Positions 20,116 through 30,627 of a DNA stretch of 64,000 bases are shown here, in pieces; position 1 is the stretch's first letter, and each line of letters opens with the position of its first letter. This DNA comes from Actinomycetota bacterium (GTDB taxonomy: Bacteria; Actinomycetota; Geothermincolia; Geothermincolales; RBG-13-55-18): positions 15,220-79,219 of the forward strand of contig JABLXL010000002.1 of assembly GCA_013178005.1 (NCBI GenBank), written 5' to 3'. A model generated the notes under the pieces. That model saw nothing but the letters and a program-made list of their open reading frames with translations. It did no database searches and was not told where the DNA came from. Made by a program: the position numbers and the translations under genes.

Positions 20116-21636
20116 TCAACGCCTTGGCAGGAGGTCGCGCAGAGCCCGGCGCGAGGGTTTGCCCAGTAGGGTGCGTGGCATCTCCTTCAGGAAGGTCACG
20201 CGGTGCGGGCACTTGTAGTAAACAAGGAAACCGCGTGCGTATTCGATGAGCTCGCGCTCGGTGGCCTCCCGGCCCGGAACGGTCACCACGAAAGCGTGCA
20301 CCACCTCCCCCCGTATGGGGTCCGGTTCTCCCACCACTGCCGCCTCCGCCACCGCCGGGTGCCTCTCCAGGATCCGCTCCACCTCCGAGGGGTAGAGGTT
20401 AAAGCCGCCGCTGATGATGAGGTCTTTCTTGCGCTCGACGATGTACAGGTACCCGTCCTCGTCCAGGTAGCCGATATCGCCGGTGTGCAGCCACCCGCCA
20501 CGTAGGGCTCTTTCGCTCTCCTCCTCGTCGCGCAGGTATCCCTTCATCACGTTGGGACCGCGCACGGTGATCTCGCCCGGGCTTCCCGGGGGTAGCTCGT
20601 GCTCGAACTCATCCCTTATCGACACCTCTACGCCTTCCAAGGGCAAGCCCACCGACCCCGCCTTGAAGGGTATGAAGGGGGTCTGGCAGCTCACCACGGG
20701 AGAGGCCTCGGTGAGTCCGTAGCCCTCGTAGAGGTATACGCCGAATTTGTCGTGGAACGCCCTGAGCACCTCTAGGGGAAGGGGGGCGGCCCCGCTCTGC
20801 AACCGCAACCAGCTTTTAGTGTTGTAGTTCGGGGCGTGGGGATGGTTCAGGAGCTGTATGAACATCGCCGGAACGCCCGGCATGGTGCGCACGTGGAACC
20901 TTTCCGTGTAAGCGAGGACCTTTTCGGCGTCGAACCAGGGCAGAAGCACGCTCCTCATGCCGCACAGAGCGGGGAGCAGGGAGGTGGTGAGCCCGAAAGA
21001 ATGGGACAGGGGCAGGGCGGAGAGCGCCGTCTCATCCCTGGATATGCGATTGGAGGCGGCGATGGCGCGCACGTTGCTTCCGATGTTGCCGTGGGTGAGC
21101 AGCACCCCCTTGGGCTTGCCGGTGGTGCCCGCGGTATAGAGGAGTGCCGCGATATCCTCGTCGCTCAATGCCGGGCGGTTCTCGATGGCCTCCGGCTGGT
21201 CCGAGATCAACTCCTCGAGGGAAAGCGTCCCCGCCTCCCTCTCCTTCGATACCAGGATCACGCGTCCATGCGAGTAGTGCGCGGGGGAGGCGAGCTTGAT
21301 CTTGGCGAGAAGGCCCGGGGTGGTTACCAGGTAGGAGGCTCCGGAGTGCTCCACCATCCACGATAGCTCCTCGGCGCTGATGAGGAACATGGTGGGACAG
21401 AGGACGATGCCCATTCTCGCGCAGGCGGTGACGAGGGTGAAGAAATCGGGGCTGTTTTCCATGTGCGCGAGCAGCACGTCCCCCGGCGCCATTCCCAGCT
21501 CGCGGAGGGCGTTGGCGATACGGCAGGACCTGCGGTCGAGCTCCAGATTAGTGTAGGAGCGTTCCTCGTAGAAGAGGATGTCGAACTCCGGGAAGGCGCG
21601 CACGGCGTTATCGAGGATATCCGTGAGCACGCTCAT
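20116..21636 (-). CDS. long-chain-fatty-acid--CoA ligase / AMP-dependent synthetase
   Basis: AMP-binding motifs YTAGTTGKPKGV and ...GYGLTE... are present in a 506-aa protein. Confidence 0.9.
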   Translation of the reverse strand: MSVLTDILDNAVRAFPEFDILFYEERSYTNLELDRRSCRIANALRELGMAPGDVLLAHMENSPDFFTLVTACARMGIVLCPTMFLISAEELSWMVEHSGASYLVTTPGLLAKIKLASPAHYSHGRVILVSKEREAGTLSLEELISDQPEAIENRPALSDEDIAALLYTAGTTGKPKGVLLTHGNIGSNVRAIAASNRISRDETALSALPLSHSFGLTTSLLPALCGMRSVLLPWFDAEKVLAYTERFHVRTMPGVPAMFIQLLNHPHAPNYNTKSWLRLQSGAAPLPLEVLRAFHDKFGVYLYEGYGLTEASPVVSCQTPFIPFKAGSVGLPLEGVEVSIRDEFEHELPPGSPGEITVRGPNVMKGYLRDEEESERALRGGWLHTGDIGYLDEDGYLYIVERKKDLIISGGFNLYPSEVERILERHPAVAEAAVVGEPDPIRGEVVHAFVVTVPGREATERELIEYARGFLVYYKCPHRVTFLKEMPRTLLGKPSRRALRDLLPRR

Positions 21637-21920
21637 TCTCCCGATCCCCCTTCACCTCGTGCCGGCTATGGGTGCGGCTGAATTGATCGCCCACACCGGC
21701 GTTCGGTTCGGCCGCCTCGGCCGTCCGGCGATACGGTTTTCATGATCGCCGGCCCGCATGGCGCCCATCCCCCTCGGCCTTCTGCATTGCCTCGACGATC
21801 ACTCGGGCAAATACGTCCCAGCCAGGCGGTGAGCTTCTTTCGCTCCTCCCGGCGACACGGAAAAAGACATGTTTTCCACGCTGCAAATGTCCTGCTTTCC
21901 CTGAACGAAAACCATTCTAC

Positions 21921-22285
21921 CACCGCCGTGAGGCTTCGTGGGCGCCCAACCCCTTTCCGGCCCCCGGCGTTTCCCCGCCTCGGGAGCCCGCGTGGTCCCT
22001 TTCCGGCCGGTCGTGGACGATATAATGGTTCGACTGGTGAGGACGAGGATAACAAGGATATATGGAATCCACTCCCGCCCTGCTTCGTGGGCGCGATACC
22101 CCTTTCCGGATCTTGCTCTCGGGGGCTCGCATGATCCCTTTCCGGGCGGGCCTTCGTCGCTCGCGGACGGCTGCCCCCATAGGTTCGGGGTTCAGGTATT
22201 CCTACCTTATACCGTGGACTTCCATCAACTCGTCGCTCGCGGATGGCTGCCCTCATTGGTTCGGGAGTCGAGATGCCGGGAACAA
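21921..22285. promoter_or_regulatory. divergent intergenic region with imperfect direct repeats (candidate operator/leader for the MMPL transporter gene)
   Basis: Two copies of about 75 bp are present (gcttcgtgggcgc...cccctttccgg ... cc(c/t)tttccgg(c/g)cgg). A ~38-bp motif tcgtcgctcgcgga(c/t)ggctgccc also occurs twice. Confidence 0.35.
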
Positions 22286-22400
22286 CCGATTCCCCGTGGG
22301 TTGTCGCGCAGCCGGAAGGAAGGTAACCTGATGGAGGCGAAGGTATTATCATATGATAGAGGGCGGTTAAACCGGTCTTATTCTTGTCGGGAGGAAGGAA

Positions 22401-24899
22401 ATGGCTTTTTTCGCGCGGCTCTGCAGGGACCATGCCGTGGCGGTGGTACTCGTCTGCCTCATCGTCACCTTGCCGGTGGCGGTGGGCATCTCCTTCCTCG
22501 AGGTAAGGGCGGGGCAGAAGGACCTCATACCCAGTAAATACGAGACCTCACGCACGCTGCGCCAGGTCAACGAGCTCTTCGGCGGCACCACCATGGAAAC
22601 CCCCATGGTGGAAAGCGATTCTCTGCTCGCCTACCCCATGATCAAGAAATTCCTCCTCTTGGAGGACGAGATGGCGGAGGCGATAGGCGACAATAACTAC
22701 GTCTACATGGAGCACTACCTCACCGCCTTCGCGCGCAACGCACTCGAGGAGGCGAAGAAGCAGTACGGCCCCCTTGTGAGCGATATCGCCACCATACTCA
22801 AGTTCGGGGAGGGGACGCAGGTGCCCGATCCGGCCGACCCTTCGCGGAGCAAGCCCTTTGAGGAGGTCATCGAGGACGGCGTTGCCCAGTACCTCTCCAA
22901 CCCCGTGGCCAGCAAGTGGACGGTGGAGAAAAAAGGCCAGGCGCTGCTCTCCGAGGACGGGAGGTATGCGCAGATCATCATCAAGATCAACCCGGACCTC
23001 GATTCGCCCCAGCGCAAGGCCCTGGCGACCAGGATGGAGGATTTCTTCCACGCCTATTTCGAGGGAGGGGAGGCGCCGGCCACCGTTTACGTGAGCGGCG
23101 ACCCCTCCATCGACAAGGACCTGGAGAACTACGTCTATTCCAGCACCTGGCTGCTGGCGGTTCTCGCGCTCATCGTGCTGGTCACCCTGCTCTTCATCAC
23201 CTTCCAGAGGTTGACCGACGTGGTCTTACCCCTGGCGGTGATCGTGCTCTCCACCATATGGATCTACGGCCTCATGGGGTGGGTGGGTTACCCGTTCACG
23301 GTGATCTCGGCCATCATCGGTCCCCTGGTGCTGGGGATAAGCCTGGGGAACGTGGTCTACATGATGGGGCGCTTCTACGAGGAGTTCGGCATCGAGGGCC
23401 GTCCCCGGGAGGCGGCGTACAGGTCCGTGATCACCGTGGGAGTGGCCGTCTTCCTCGCCTGTATCACCACCGTGTTCGGTTTCACCTCTTTCCTCCTCTC
23501 CGATTTCGATATCCTGCGGGAGTTCGGGATCATGTCCGGGGTGGGCATAGCGGTTTGCTTCCTGTTCAGCGTGACCTTCCTGCCCGCCCTCATGATCATG
23601 CGCGAGGAGAGGAGGCAGCGCAGGGGATACACGGCCCCCCGTGGGGTGGAGATATTCTCTCCCAGCAATAACCGGCGCATCGACCGCGGCCTGGGCGGCC
23701 TCGCCTCCCTCTCCCAGCACCGCCCCGGCGCGGTGGTGGTGGTGTACGGCTTCATCGTGCTCATCTGCGTCATGGGCGCCTTCCGCCTCACCACCACCCC
23801 GGACCTGCGGGCGCTCGCGCCCCAGGACATCCCCTCGCTGCAGGCGCAGTACCTGCAGGAATCGATCTTCGGCGGAGTGCAGCAGGACGTCATCCTCCTC
23901 ACGGGAGACGTCATGGAGCCCCGCGCCCTGGCGGCCATGATAAAGTTCCAGGAGAAGATCTCCGCCACGCCTTATTTCAGCGAAAATGGAAGCTCAAGCC
24001 TGGGGGAGCTCCTGCGCGATTACCGCGTCGAGATGGGAAAGGCCGGTCCCGAGGACGGCCCGGAGGCCGCGCTTCCCGCTACCAAGGCCGAGGCGGAGGA
24101 GACGCTGGCGGAGCTTGAATCGCTCATGGGGTCCCAGGACGGGAAGCTTGTCTCCGGGGACCACCGCGCGGCCCTCATCTCCATTTTCAGCGAAGGAGCC
24201 AAGAGCAACCGGGAGATGATGGACAAGGACCGCATCCTGACCGAGGCCGCCGAGGAGGCCTTCGGCGCCACCGCTTTGAGCTGGCGAGTGGGGGGCATCA
24301 CTCCGCTCACGGCCGACATGCTGGGGAATTTGGTACCCACTCAGGTCTGGACGGCCGTCCTCGCCCTGTGTCTCTCGGCGCTGGTGCTGGTGTTGATCTT
24401 CCGCTCCCTGACCTTCGGGCTCGCCACCCTCTCGGTGCTGGTCGCGGGGATAGCGGTGGAGCTCGGCTTTCTGTCCCTCATGGGGTGGACCCTGGACATG
24501 ATGACCGTGCTCATATCCTCCCTCATCATCGGCATGGGCATCGACTACGGGATACACATCACCCATCGCTTCATAGAGGAATACGAGCCCGGGGAGGTCA
24601 GCGTGGCGGACGCTTTAAGGTCCTGCGTGACCAGGGTGGGAAAGCCGCTCCTGGCCAGCGCCGTCTCCACGGCGGGCGCCTTCCTGGTGGTGTCCTTTTC
24701 GCGCATGGCGCCCATACGCCGCTTCAGCCTGGTTACGGCGCTTTCGCTCCTGGCGTCCCTTGCAGCGAGCCTGCTGGTGCTTCCCTCCATCATCACCTTG
24801 ATCGCCAGGCGCCACCTGCTGGTGAGGGAGGGGGCGCCCTCGGAGGCGCACGACCTCACCCCCGCGGGGGCGGACGCCGCGGGAGGCGCCAAGGGCTAA
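22401..24899 (+). CDS. MMPL/RND-superfamily transporter (two 6-TM bundles with large periplasmic loops)
   Basis: The 832-aa protein has a duplicated MMPL/SSD-like TM architecture. A GGGAGGAAGG RBS precedes the start. Confidence 0.85.
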   Translation: MAFFARLCRDHAVAVVLVCLIVTLPVAVGISFLEVRAGQKDLIPSKYETSRTLRQVNELFGGTTMETPMVESDSLLAYPMIKKFLLLEDEMAEAIGDNNYVYMEHYLTAFARNALEEAKKQYGPLVSDIATILKFGEGTQVPDPADPSRSKPFEEVIEDGVAQYLSNPVASKWTVEKKGQALLSEDGRYAQIIIKINPDLDSPQRKALATRMEDFFHAYFEGGEAPATVYVSGDPSIDKDLENYVYSSTWLLAVLALIVLVTLLFITFQRLTDVVLPLAVIVLSTIWIYGLMGWVGYPFTVISAIIGPLVLGISLGNVVYMMGRFYEEFGIEGRPREAAYRSVITVGVAVFLACITTVFGFTSFLLSDFDILREFGIMSGVGIAVCFLFSVTFLPALMIMREERRQRRGYTAPRGVEIFSPSNNRRIDRGLGGLASLSQHRPGAVVVVYGFIVLICVMGAFRLTTTPDLRALAPQDIPSLQAQYLQESIFGGVQQDVILLTGDVMEPRALAAMIKFQEKISATPYFSENGSSSLGELLRDYRVEMGKAGPEDGPEAALPATKAEAEETLAELESLMGSQDGKLVSGDHRAALISIFSEGAKSNREMMDKDRILTEAAEEAFGATALSWRVGGITPLTADMLGNLVPTQVWTAVLALCLSALVLVLIFRSLTFGLATLSVLVAGIAVELGFLSLMGWTLDMMTVLISSLIIGMGIDYGIHITHRFIEEYEPGEVSVADALRSCVTRVGKPLLASAVSTAGAFLVVSFSRMAPIRRFSLVTALSLLASLAASLLVLPSIITLIARRHLLVREGAPSEAHDLTPAGADAAGGAKG

Positions 24900-24907
24900 A
24901 GGTACGG

Positions 24908-25843
24908 TCAGCTCAGTTTAAGCAGCCGCGCGAAGGCCTTGCCCATGATTATCTCTATCTCCTCCGGGGTGAAGGAGACCTCCGGGCAACAGCTCAGATC
25001 GGGCTCAGTGACCGCCTTGACCCATGTCCCCCACGGGCAGAGCACGTTGAGGTAAGGCCCGTCGGTGCCGAAGAACACCCGCCAGGGGCCCACCTGGTCG
25101 AGCACCCGGCGCAACATGCGGTAGAAATCCTGGGGATGGCTGTTGTACCGCATCTGCCAGCCGGAGAAATCGAGATAGATGTTCGGCTTTATCTCCGCCA
25201 CCAGCAAGGCCTCCTCCCACATGGAATGGGCACAATGGGCCATGATGATGGGAAGATCCGGAAAGTCAGCAGCCACGTCGTCCACGTAGATGGGCTGGGT
25301 GAAACGGAACTTCATGGGCGCGGGCTGGCTGCCGGTGTGGAAGAGCACCGGTATCCCGTACTCCATGCACTTCTCGTAATAAGGGTAGGCGGCGGGATCG
25401 TAGGGGTAGTAGCCCGTGGTGGGGTGGAGCTTCAACCCCCTCATGCCCCAGTCCTCGACCGCCCGCTTGAAGAGGTCCAGTCCCTCGGGACGGCGCGGAT
25501 CGATGGCGAAGAAGGATACCAGGCGATCGGGATGGCGTTTCGCGGCCTCGGCCACCATGCGATTCTGGTCCTCGATGGAGACCGGCGGTTCGCCGGTGGC
25601 GAGCCCGTAGTCCACGGCGAAGACGCAAGCCATGTCCACCCCCGCCTCGTCCATGTTGGCGACGGTCTTGTCTCCCGTGGTGTCGCTTATCACCGGCATG
25701 AGGCTGTCGATGAGCGCCGCCGCGTCGGGATACTCCCCCGTCATTTTCCCCATGGGCGCGGTGGCCACCCTCGCCATGCCGATGAAGAAACTGCGATCGA
25801 TCCAGTCTTCCGCCACCAGATGCACGTGGCTGTCGATGATCAT
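24908..25843 (-). CDS. amidohydrolase-2 family metal-dependent hydrolase (TIM barrel)
   Basis: MIIDSHVHLV... is followed by conserved His/Asp metal ligands. The protein is 311 aa. Confidence 0.8.
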   Translation of the reverse strand: MIIDSHVHLVAEDWIDRSFFIGMARVATAPMGKMTGEYPDAAALIDSLMPVISDTTGDKTVANMDEAGVDMACVFAVDYGLATGEPPVSIEDQNRMVAEAAKRHPDRLVSFFAIDPRRPEGLDLFKRAVEDWGMRGLKLHPTTGYYPYDPAAYPYYEKCMEYGIPVLFHTGSQPAPMKFRFTQPIYVDDVAADFPDLPIIMAHCAHSMWEEALLVAEIKPNIYLDFSGWQMRYNSHPQDFYRMLRRVLDQVGPWRVFFGTDGPYLNVLCPWGTWVKAVTEPDLSCCPEVSFTPEEIEIIMGKAFARLLKLS

Positions 25844-26134
25844 CGCGCATCACCCCTTTCGCTTGCGAAGCCCTCAGCCGATAGGGAAAGTATATGCCCA
25901 AGCCGGCCGGGGATAAAGGGCGCTCCCGGCGCAAGGCATGGAAATGGCATGCGAGCGGTAATAATATGGTGGAAGGAGGCGTTCAGGTTAAGGCAGCGTG
26001 AACGTCATCTTCACGGACGGAGGATGCGGCCGGCCACCCTCCGGGATGAAAAGTCCCCCGGAGGGGTTGGCGCCGCGATGTGGGACATGCGGTTTGTGGG
26101 ATGGCGGTGAGAACGATGAAGGGAGCTGCGAGGA

Positions 26135-27148
26135 ATGCTCGGTATCTACTTCGATGACGGCCTGAAACTGAGGGACGACCTTCCCGATCCCGAGCCCGGC
26201 CCGGGCGAGGCGCTGATAAAGGTAATGGCCGCGGGCATCTGCCATACCGACCTGGAGATAGTCAGGGGCTACATGCATTTCAGGGGGATCATGGGGCACG
26301 AGTTCGTGGGGGTGGTGGAGGCCGCCGACGATCCCGAGCTGGTGGGCAAGCGGGTGGTGGGAGAGATCAACTGCTGGTGCGGCCTGTGCCCGTTGTGTAT
26401 CGAGGGGAAGACCAGCCATTGCGCGCAGCGCACCACCCTGGGGATCAGCGGCCGCGACGGAGTGTTCGCGGAATACGTGGCCCTTCCCGTGGCCAACCTG
26501 CACGTCGTCCCCGACACCATGCCCCTTTACTCCGCCGTCTTCGTGGAGCCCCTCGCGGCCTGCTTCCGCATCCTGGAGCAGGTGCACATCAACCCCAAGC
26601 TGGGCGTTGCCGTGCTGGGCGACGGGAAACTCGGTCTGCTCGCCGCGCAGGTCCTGCGCCTGACGGGCTGCCGATTGCTGGCCATTGGCAATTATCCCCA
26701 TAAACTGAAGATCCTCGACCGCCTTGGCGTAAGGACAGCCCTGCAGAAGGAGATCGACGGCGGGGAACGATTCGACGTGGTGGTCGAGTGCACGGGGAGG
26801 CCGGAGGGCTTCGAGCTGGCGCGCTCCCTGGTGGACCCGGGCGGGACCATCGTGCAGAAGAGCACCTACGTGGAGTCGCTAAACGTGGATATCTCCCGCT
26901 TGGTGGTGGACGAGATAAAGGTGGTGGGCTCCCGGTGCGGGCCCTTCGAGCCGGCCATCCGCGCTCTCATGCGGGGACTGGTGGAGGTGCAGGAGCTCAT
27001 CGACCGAAGGTTTCCCCTGGAAATGGGCCTGCAGGCCTTCGAATACGCCATGAGGGACGAGTCGCTGAAGGTGATCCTGGAGATGAGGACCTACCCGGCG
27101 GAAGGCTTGAGGCGCCCCGGCGAGCTTGAGGAAGAGCCGGTCATCTGA
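26135..27148 (+). CDS. zinc-dependent alcohol dehydrogenase (MDR family)
   Basis: The catalytic Zn motif GICHTDL..GHEFVGVV, the structural Zn Cys cluster CWCGLCPLC and a Rossmann domain are present. Confidence 0.9.
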   Translation: MLGIYFDDGLKLRDDLPDPEPGPGEALIKVMAAGICHTDLEIVRGYMHFRGIMGHEFVGVVEAADDPELVGKRVVGEINCWCGLCPLCIEGKTSHCAQRTTLGISGRDGVFAEYVALPVANLHVVPDTMPLYSAVFVEPLAACFRILEQVHINPKLGVAVLGDGKLGLLAAQVLRLTGCRLLAIGNYPHKLKILDRLGVRTALQKEIDGGERFDVVVECTGRPEGFELARSLVDPGGTIVQKSTYVESLNVDISRLVVDEIKVVGSRCGPFEPAIRALMRGLVEVQELIDRRFPLEMGLQAFEYAMRDESLKVILEMRTYPAEGLRRPGELEEEPVI

Positions 27149-27321
27149 GCGGTGGGGACACCGGCGACATCGTTCCTCGACATCCGCGACGAAGAAAGCG
27201 TGTCCCGTGCGGGAAGTCCCGTCCCCTGGCCGCACCACGGCGCGTTTTTCTGGCGCGGTGGTCAGAGAAAAGAGGGCTGAACGAGAAGGCATCGCGAGGA
27301 CATCACGAGGGAGGAAAGTTC

Positions 27322-29022
27322 ATGAGCGTCGAAGGTCTTTTAGCCGTGGCGAGAGGGGAGGCGGAGGCGGACCTGCTCCTCGCCGGGGCGAGGGTTGTGG
27401 ACGTCTTCCGGAGCCGGGTGGTGGAGGAAAGCGTGGCCGTGCACGGCGGCAGGATAGCGGGCTTCGGGGAAAGGAGGGCGAAGGAGAGGGTGGACCTGGG
27501 GGGAGCGTTTCTCTGCCCCGGCTTCATCGACGGCCACGTGCACATCGAGTCCTCCATGGTGAGCCTGCCCGAGTACGCGCGCGCGGTGGTGCCCTGCGGG
27601 ACTGTCGCCGTGGTCACGGACTACCACGAGATCGCCAACGTGCTGGGCGTGGAGGGCCTGCGCTACATGATGCGCGCGGGCGAGGGTCTACCCCTGGGCG
27701 TGTACGTCATGCTCCCCTCATGCGTGCCCGCCACCCCCATGGAGACGGCGGGCGCGGTCCTGGAGGCCGAGGACCTGGTGCCCCTCCTGGAGGAGAAAGC
27801 GGTTATCGGTCTGGGAGAGGTGATGAACTTTCCCGGGGTTATAAACGGGGACCCGGAGGTGATGGCCAAGCTCTCCGCTTGCGCCGGACTTCCCATCGAC
27901 GGGCACGCCCCTGGGCTTTCCGGGGAATCGCTGGACGCGTACATCGCCGCCGGGGTGCAGTCGGACCACGAGTGCGTCTCCGCGGAGGAGGCGCGGGAGA
28001 AACTCGGCAAGGGCATGTTCATCTACGTCCGCGAGGGCTCCACGGCGCGGAACCTCGAGGCGCTGTTGCCCATCGTGGACGGGGCTTCCCAGGAACGTTG
28101 CCTTTTCGTGACCGACGACCGCCAGCCGGGGGACCTGCTCGGGGGAGGCCACATGGACGCGGTGCTGCGGAAGGCGGTGTCCTTAGGGCTTGATCCCTTG
28201 ATGGCGGTGCGCATGGTGACCCTAAACGCAGCGAACCGCTTCGGGTTGAGGGGATATGGGGCGGTCGCGCCGGGATTCAGGGCTGACCTGGTCGTCCTGG
28301 AGGACCTCGAGGGGTTCCGGGTGAGGAAGGTGTACAAGGGTGGGGTTCTGGTGGCCGAGGAGGGCGCGTTCCTGCCCGAGGTGGAGCCCGGTCCACCCAC
28401 GCCGGGAAGCATGAACATCGCCTGGGAGAAGGCGGGTGGCATCGCCGTGCGGGCCGAGGGAGACGAGATGCTGGTCATCGGGGTGGTGACGGACCAGATA
28501 ATCACCCTGAAATTGCGGGAGAAGCCCAGGGTTGAGGATGGGGTTGCGGTGAGCGACCCCGCCCGGGACCTGCTCAAGATATGCGTATTCGAGAGGCACA
28601 GGGGCACCGGCAACGTGGGAATCGGCTTTATCAAGGGATTCGGGCTCAGGGAGGGAGCCCTGGCCTCCACGGTGGCTCACGATTCCCATAACCTGCTGGC
28701 GGTGGGCGCTTCGGACGAGGAGATACTAGCGGCGGCGCGGGCAGTGGAGAGGATGGGTGGCGGCCAGGCGGTGGTGCGGGGAGAAAGGGTGCTGGCGGAA
28801 CTCCCCCTGGACGTGGCGGGCCTCATATCTACCCTTCCCCTGCACGAGGTGAAGGAACGCGTGATCTCACTACAGGACGCGGCGCGGTCCCTGGGCTGCC
28901 CCTTGCCGGAGCCCTTCATGACCCTTTCCTTCATGGCCCTGCCGGTGATCCCGGAGCTGAAGATCACCGATAAGGGCCTGTTCGACGTGGGTTCCTTCCG
29001 CCACGTGCCGCTTTTTTCCTAG
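27322..29022 (+). CDS. ade: adenine deaminase
   Basis: The 566-aa amidohydrolase has GFIDGHVHIESS and the overall adenine-deaminase domain order. Confidence 0.8.
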   Translation: MSVEGLLAVARGEAEADLLLAGARVVDVFRSRVVEESVAVHGGRIAGFGERRAKERVDLGGAFLCPGFIDGHVHIESSMVSLPEYARAVVPCGTVAVVTDYHEIANVLGVEGLRYMMRAGEGLPLGVYVMLPSCVPATPMETAGAVLEAEDLVPLLEEKAVIGLGEVMNFPGVINGDPEVMAKLSACAGLPIDGHAPGLSGESLDAYIAAGVQSDHECVSAEEAREKLGKGMFIYVREGSTARNLEALLPIVDGASQERCLFVTDDRQPGDLLGGGHMDAVLRKAVSLGLDPLMAVRMVTLNAANRFGLRGYGAVAPGFRADLVVLEDLEGFRVRKVYKGGVLVAEEGAFLPEVEPGPPTPGSMNIAWEKAGGIAVRAEGDEMLVIGVVTDQIITLKLREKPRVEDGVAVSDPARDLLKICVFERHRGTGNVGIGFIKGFGLREGALASTVAHDSHNLLAVGASDEEILAAARAVERMGGGQAVVRGERVLAELPLDVAGLISTLPLHEVKERVISLQDAARSLGCPLPEPFMTLSFMALPVIPELKITDKGLFDVGSFRHVPLFS

Positions 29023-29521
29023 GGCGGCGGCCGGCGCGGGAGGCGGGAACGCATGTGCGACCAGCCGCGCGCGAGGTTGAGCAGGCCGGCCAGGGCGATG
29101 ATCCCGGCGGTGAGCAGGCGGAGGTTGCGCCCGCGGGAGAGGAAAGCCGACGCTTCCTCGACGGCCCGGCGCAACGGGTCAAGGAAGAATCAACATCGTC
29201 GCCGATTCGGGAGGGGTTGTAAGGCTCAGGAATCAGGCCGGCGCGGGAGGCGGGAACGCATGCCGACCAGCCGCGCGCGAGGTTGAGCAGGCCGGCCAGG
29301 GCGATGATCCCGGCGGTGAGCAGGCGGAGGTTGCGCCCGCGGGAGAGGAAAGCCGACGCTTCCTCGACGGCCCGGCGCAACGGGTCAAGCGATGAGCCCA
29401 TGTCGTCGCTGAGGTGGGTGAAGGTGCCCAACTGCAACCGCGCCGACTTGACGCCTGAAAGAACCTCCTCGAGCGTTTCGGCCGCTTCGCCGCCCCTCAA
29501 GCGGCCCATGAGCTCCGACAT
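28964..29521 (-). CDS. hypothetical membrane-anchored protein containing an internal tandem duplication
   Basis: The start MSELMGRL is preceded by a GAGGAGGAAGGG RBS. The segment LTAGIIALAGLLNLARGWSACVPASRAG occurs twice because of a ~140-bp DNA duplication. No recognisable domain is present. Confidence 0.35.
   Translation of the reverse strand: MSELMGRLRGGEAAETLEEVLSGVKSARLQLGTFTHLSDDMGSSLDPLRRAVEEASAFLSRGRNLRLLTAGIIALAGLLNLARGWSACVPASRAGLIPEPYNPSRIGDDVDSSLTRCAGPSRKRRLSSPAGATSACSPPGSSPWPACSTSRAAGRTCVPASRAGRRPRKKAARGGRNPRRTGPYR
29026..29390. repeat. tandem duplication (~140 bp, 2 copies, ~60-bp spacer) inside/at the 3' region of a minus-strand ORF
   Basis: 29028-29168 and 29238-29390 are near-identical, differing by one small indel. 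Confidence 0.8.
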
Positions 29522-29718
29522 CCCTTCCTCCTCTCCGGAACGCCGCCCAGGGCTTACAACCATCAATTCTATGCCGGGCGCCCCTTTTCGCCCAGGCGTT
29601 ACCCCGGAGATGGCCCTGTGATATACTTTTAGCGCCGCCGCCGGCGGCCGTCCTAAGGGGTATTTCACGGACAGCTTTTCCGTCACATCGGAGGTCCTTG
29701 GCGCTAAAGGAGGTAGGA

Positions 29719-30603
29719 ATGGAGATCAAGAACGTCTTCGTAGTAGGTTCAGGCCTCATGGGGAGCGGCATCGCTCAGGTCAGCGCCTTTGCCGGTTACA
29801 AGGTGAAGATGCATGACGTGGAGGAGAAGTTCACCGCTAAGGGCATGGAGGCGATCAAGGCCTCCCTGGGGAAGTTCCTCTCCAAGGAGAAGATAACCCA
29901 GGAGCAGCACGACGCCGCCCTGGCCAATCTCTCCACCACCACCAGCCTCTCCGACGCGTCCGACGCCGACCTGGTGGTTGAGGCGGTGTTCGAGAAGCTG
30001 GAGGTTAAAAGCGAGGTATTCAAGACGCTCGACGAAGTGTGCCCCGAGCACACCATCCTGGCCACGAACACCTCGGCCATCCCCATATCCTCCATCGCGG
30101 CGGCCACGAAACGCCCGGACAAGGTGGTGGGCACGCATTTCTTCAGCCCCGTGCCCCTCATGCGCCTGTGCGAGATCATTCGCGGGCTGCAGACCTCGGA
30201 CGAGACCATGGAGGCGGCGGAGAAATGGGCGCAGTCGGTGGGCAAGGAAACCGTCCGCGTGCTCAAGGACCACGCGGGCTTCATCGCCAACCGGCTCTAT
30301 CTCCCCATGGGCATGGAGGCCGCCAGGATGCTCGAGGCGGGAGTGGCCACGCCGGAGGACATCGATAAGGCAATGCGGTTGGGTTACAACCTTCCCATGG
30401 GACCCCTGGAGCTAGCGGACATGACCGGCATCGACGTGCTCGCCAACGCCTGCATGGCCATCTATAACGATACCGGTGACCCCAAGTACTATCCCCCGCC
30501 GTTGATCCACCGCATGATAGCCTCCGGGCTGCTGGGAAGGAAGACGGGCAAGGGATATTACGACTACTCCAGCGGCAAGCAGGAGAGCTACTGGAAGGTG
30601 TGA
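29719..30603 (+). CDS. hbd: 3-hydroxybutyryl-CoA dehydrogenase
   Basis: An AAAGGAGG RBS precedes the start. The NAD Rossmann motif VVGSGLMGSGIAQ and the 3HCDH N- and C-terminal domains are present. Confidence 0.9.
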   Translation: MEIKNVFVVGSGLMGSGIAQVSAFAGYKVKMHDVEEKFTAKGMEAIKASLGKFLSKEKITQEQHDAALANLSTTTSLSDASDADLVVEAVFEKLEVKSEVFKTLDEVCPEHTILATNTSAIPISSIAAATKRPDKVVGTHFFSPVPLMRLCEIIRGLQTSDETMEAAEKWAQSVGKETVRVLKDHAGFIANRLYLPMGMEAARMLEAGVATPEDIDKAMRLGYNLPMGPLELADMTGIDVLANACMAIYNDTGDPKYYPPPLIHRMIASGLLGRKTGKGYYDYSSGKQESYWKV

Positions 30604-30627
30604 GAACGGACCGGAAACGGGGTTGCT

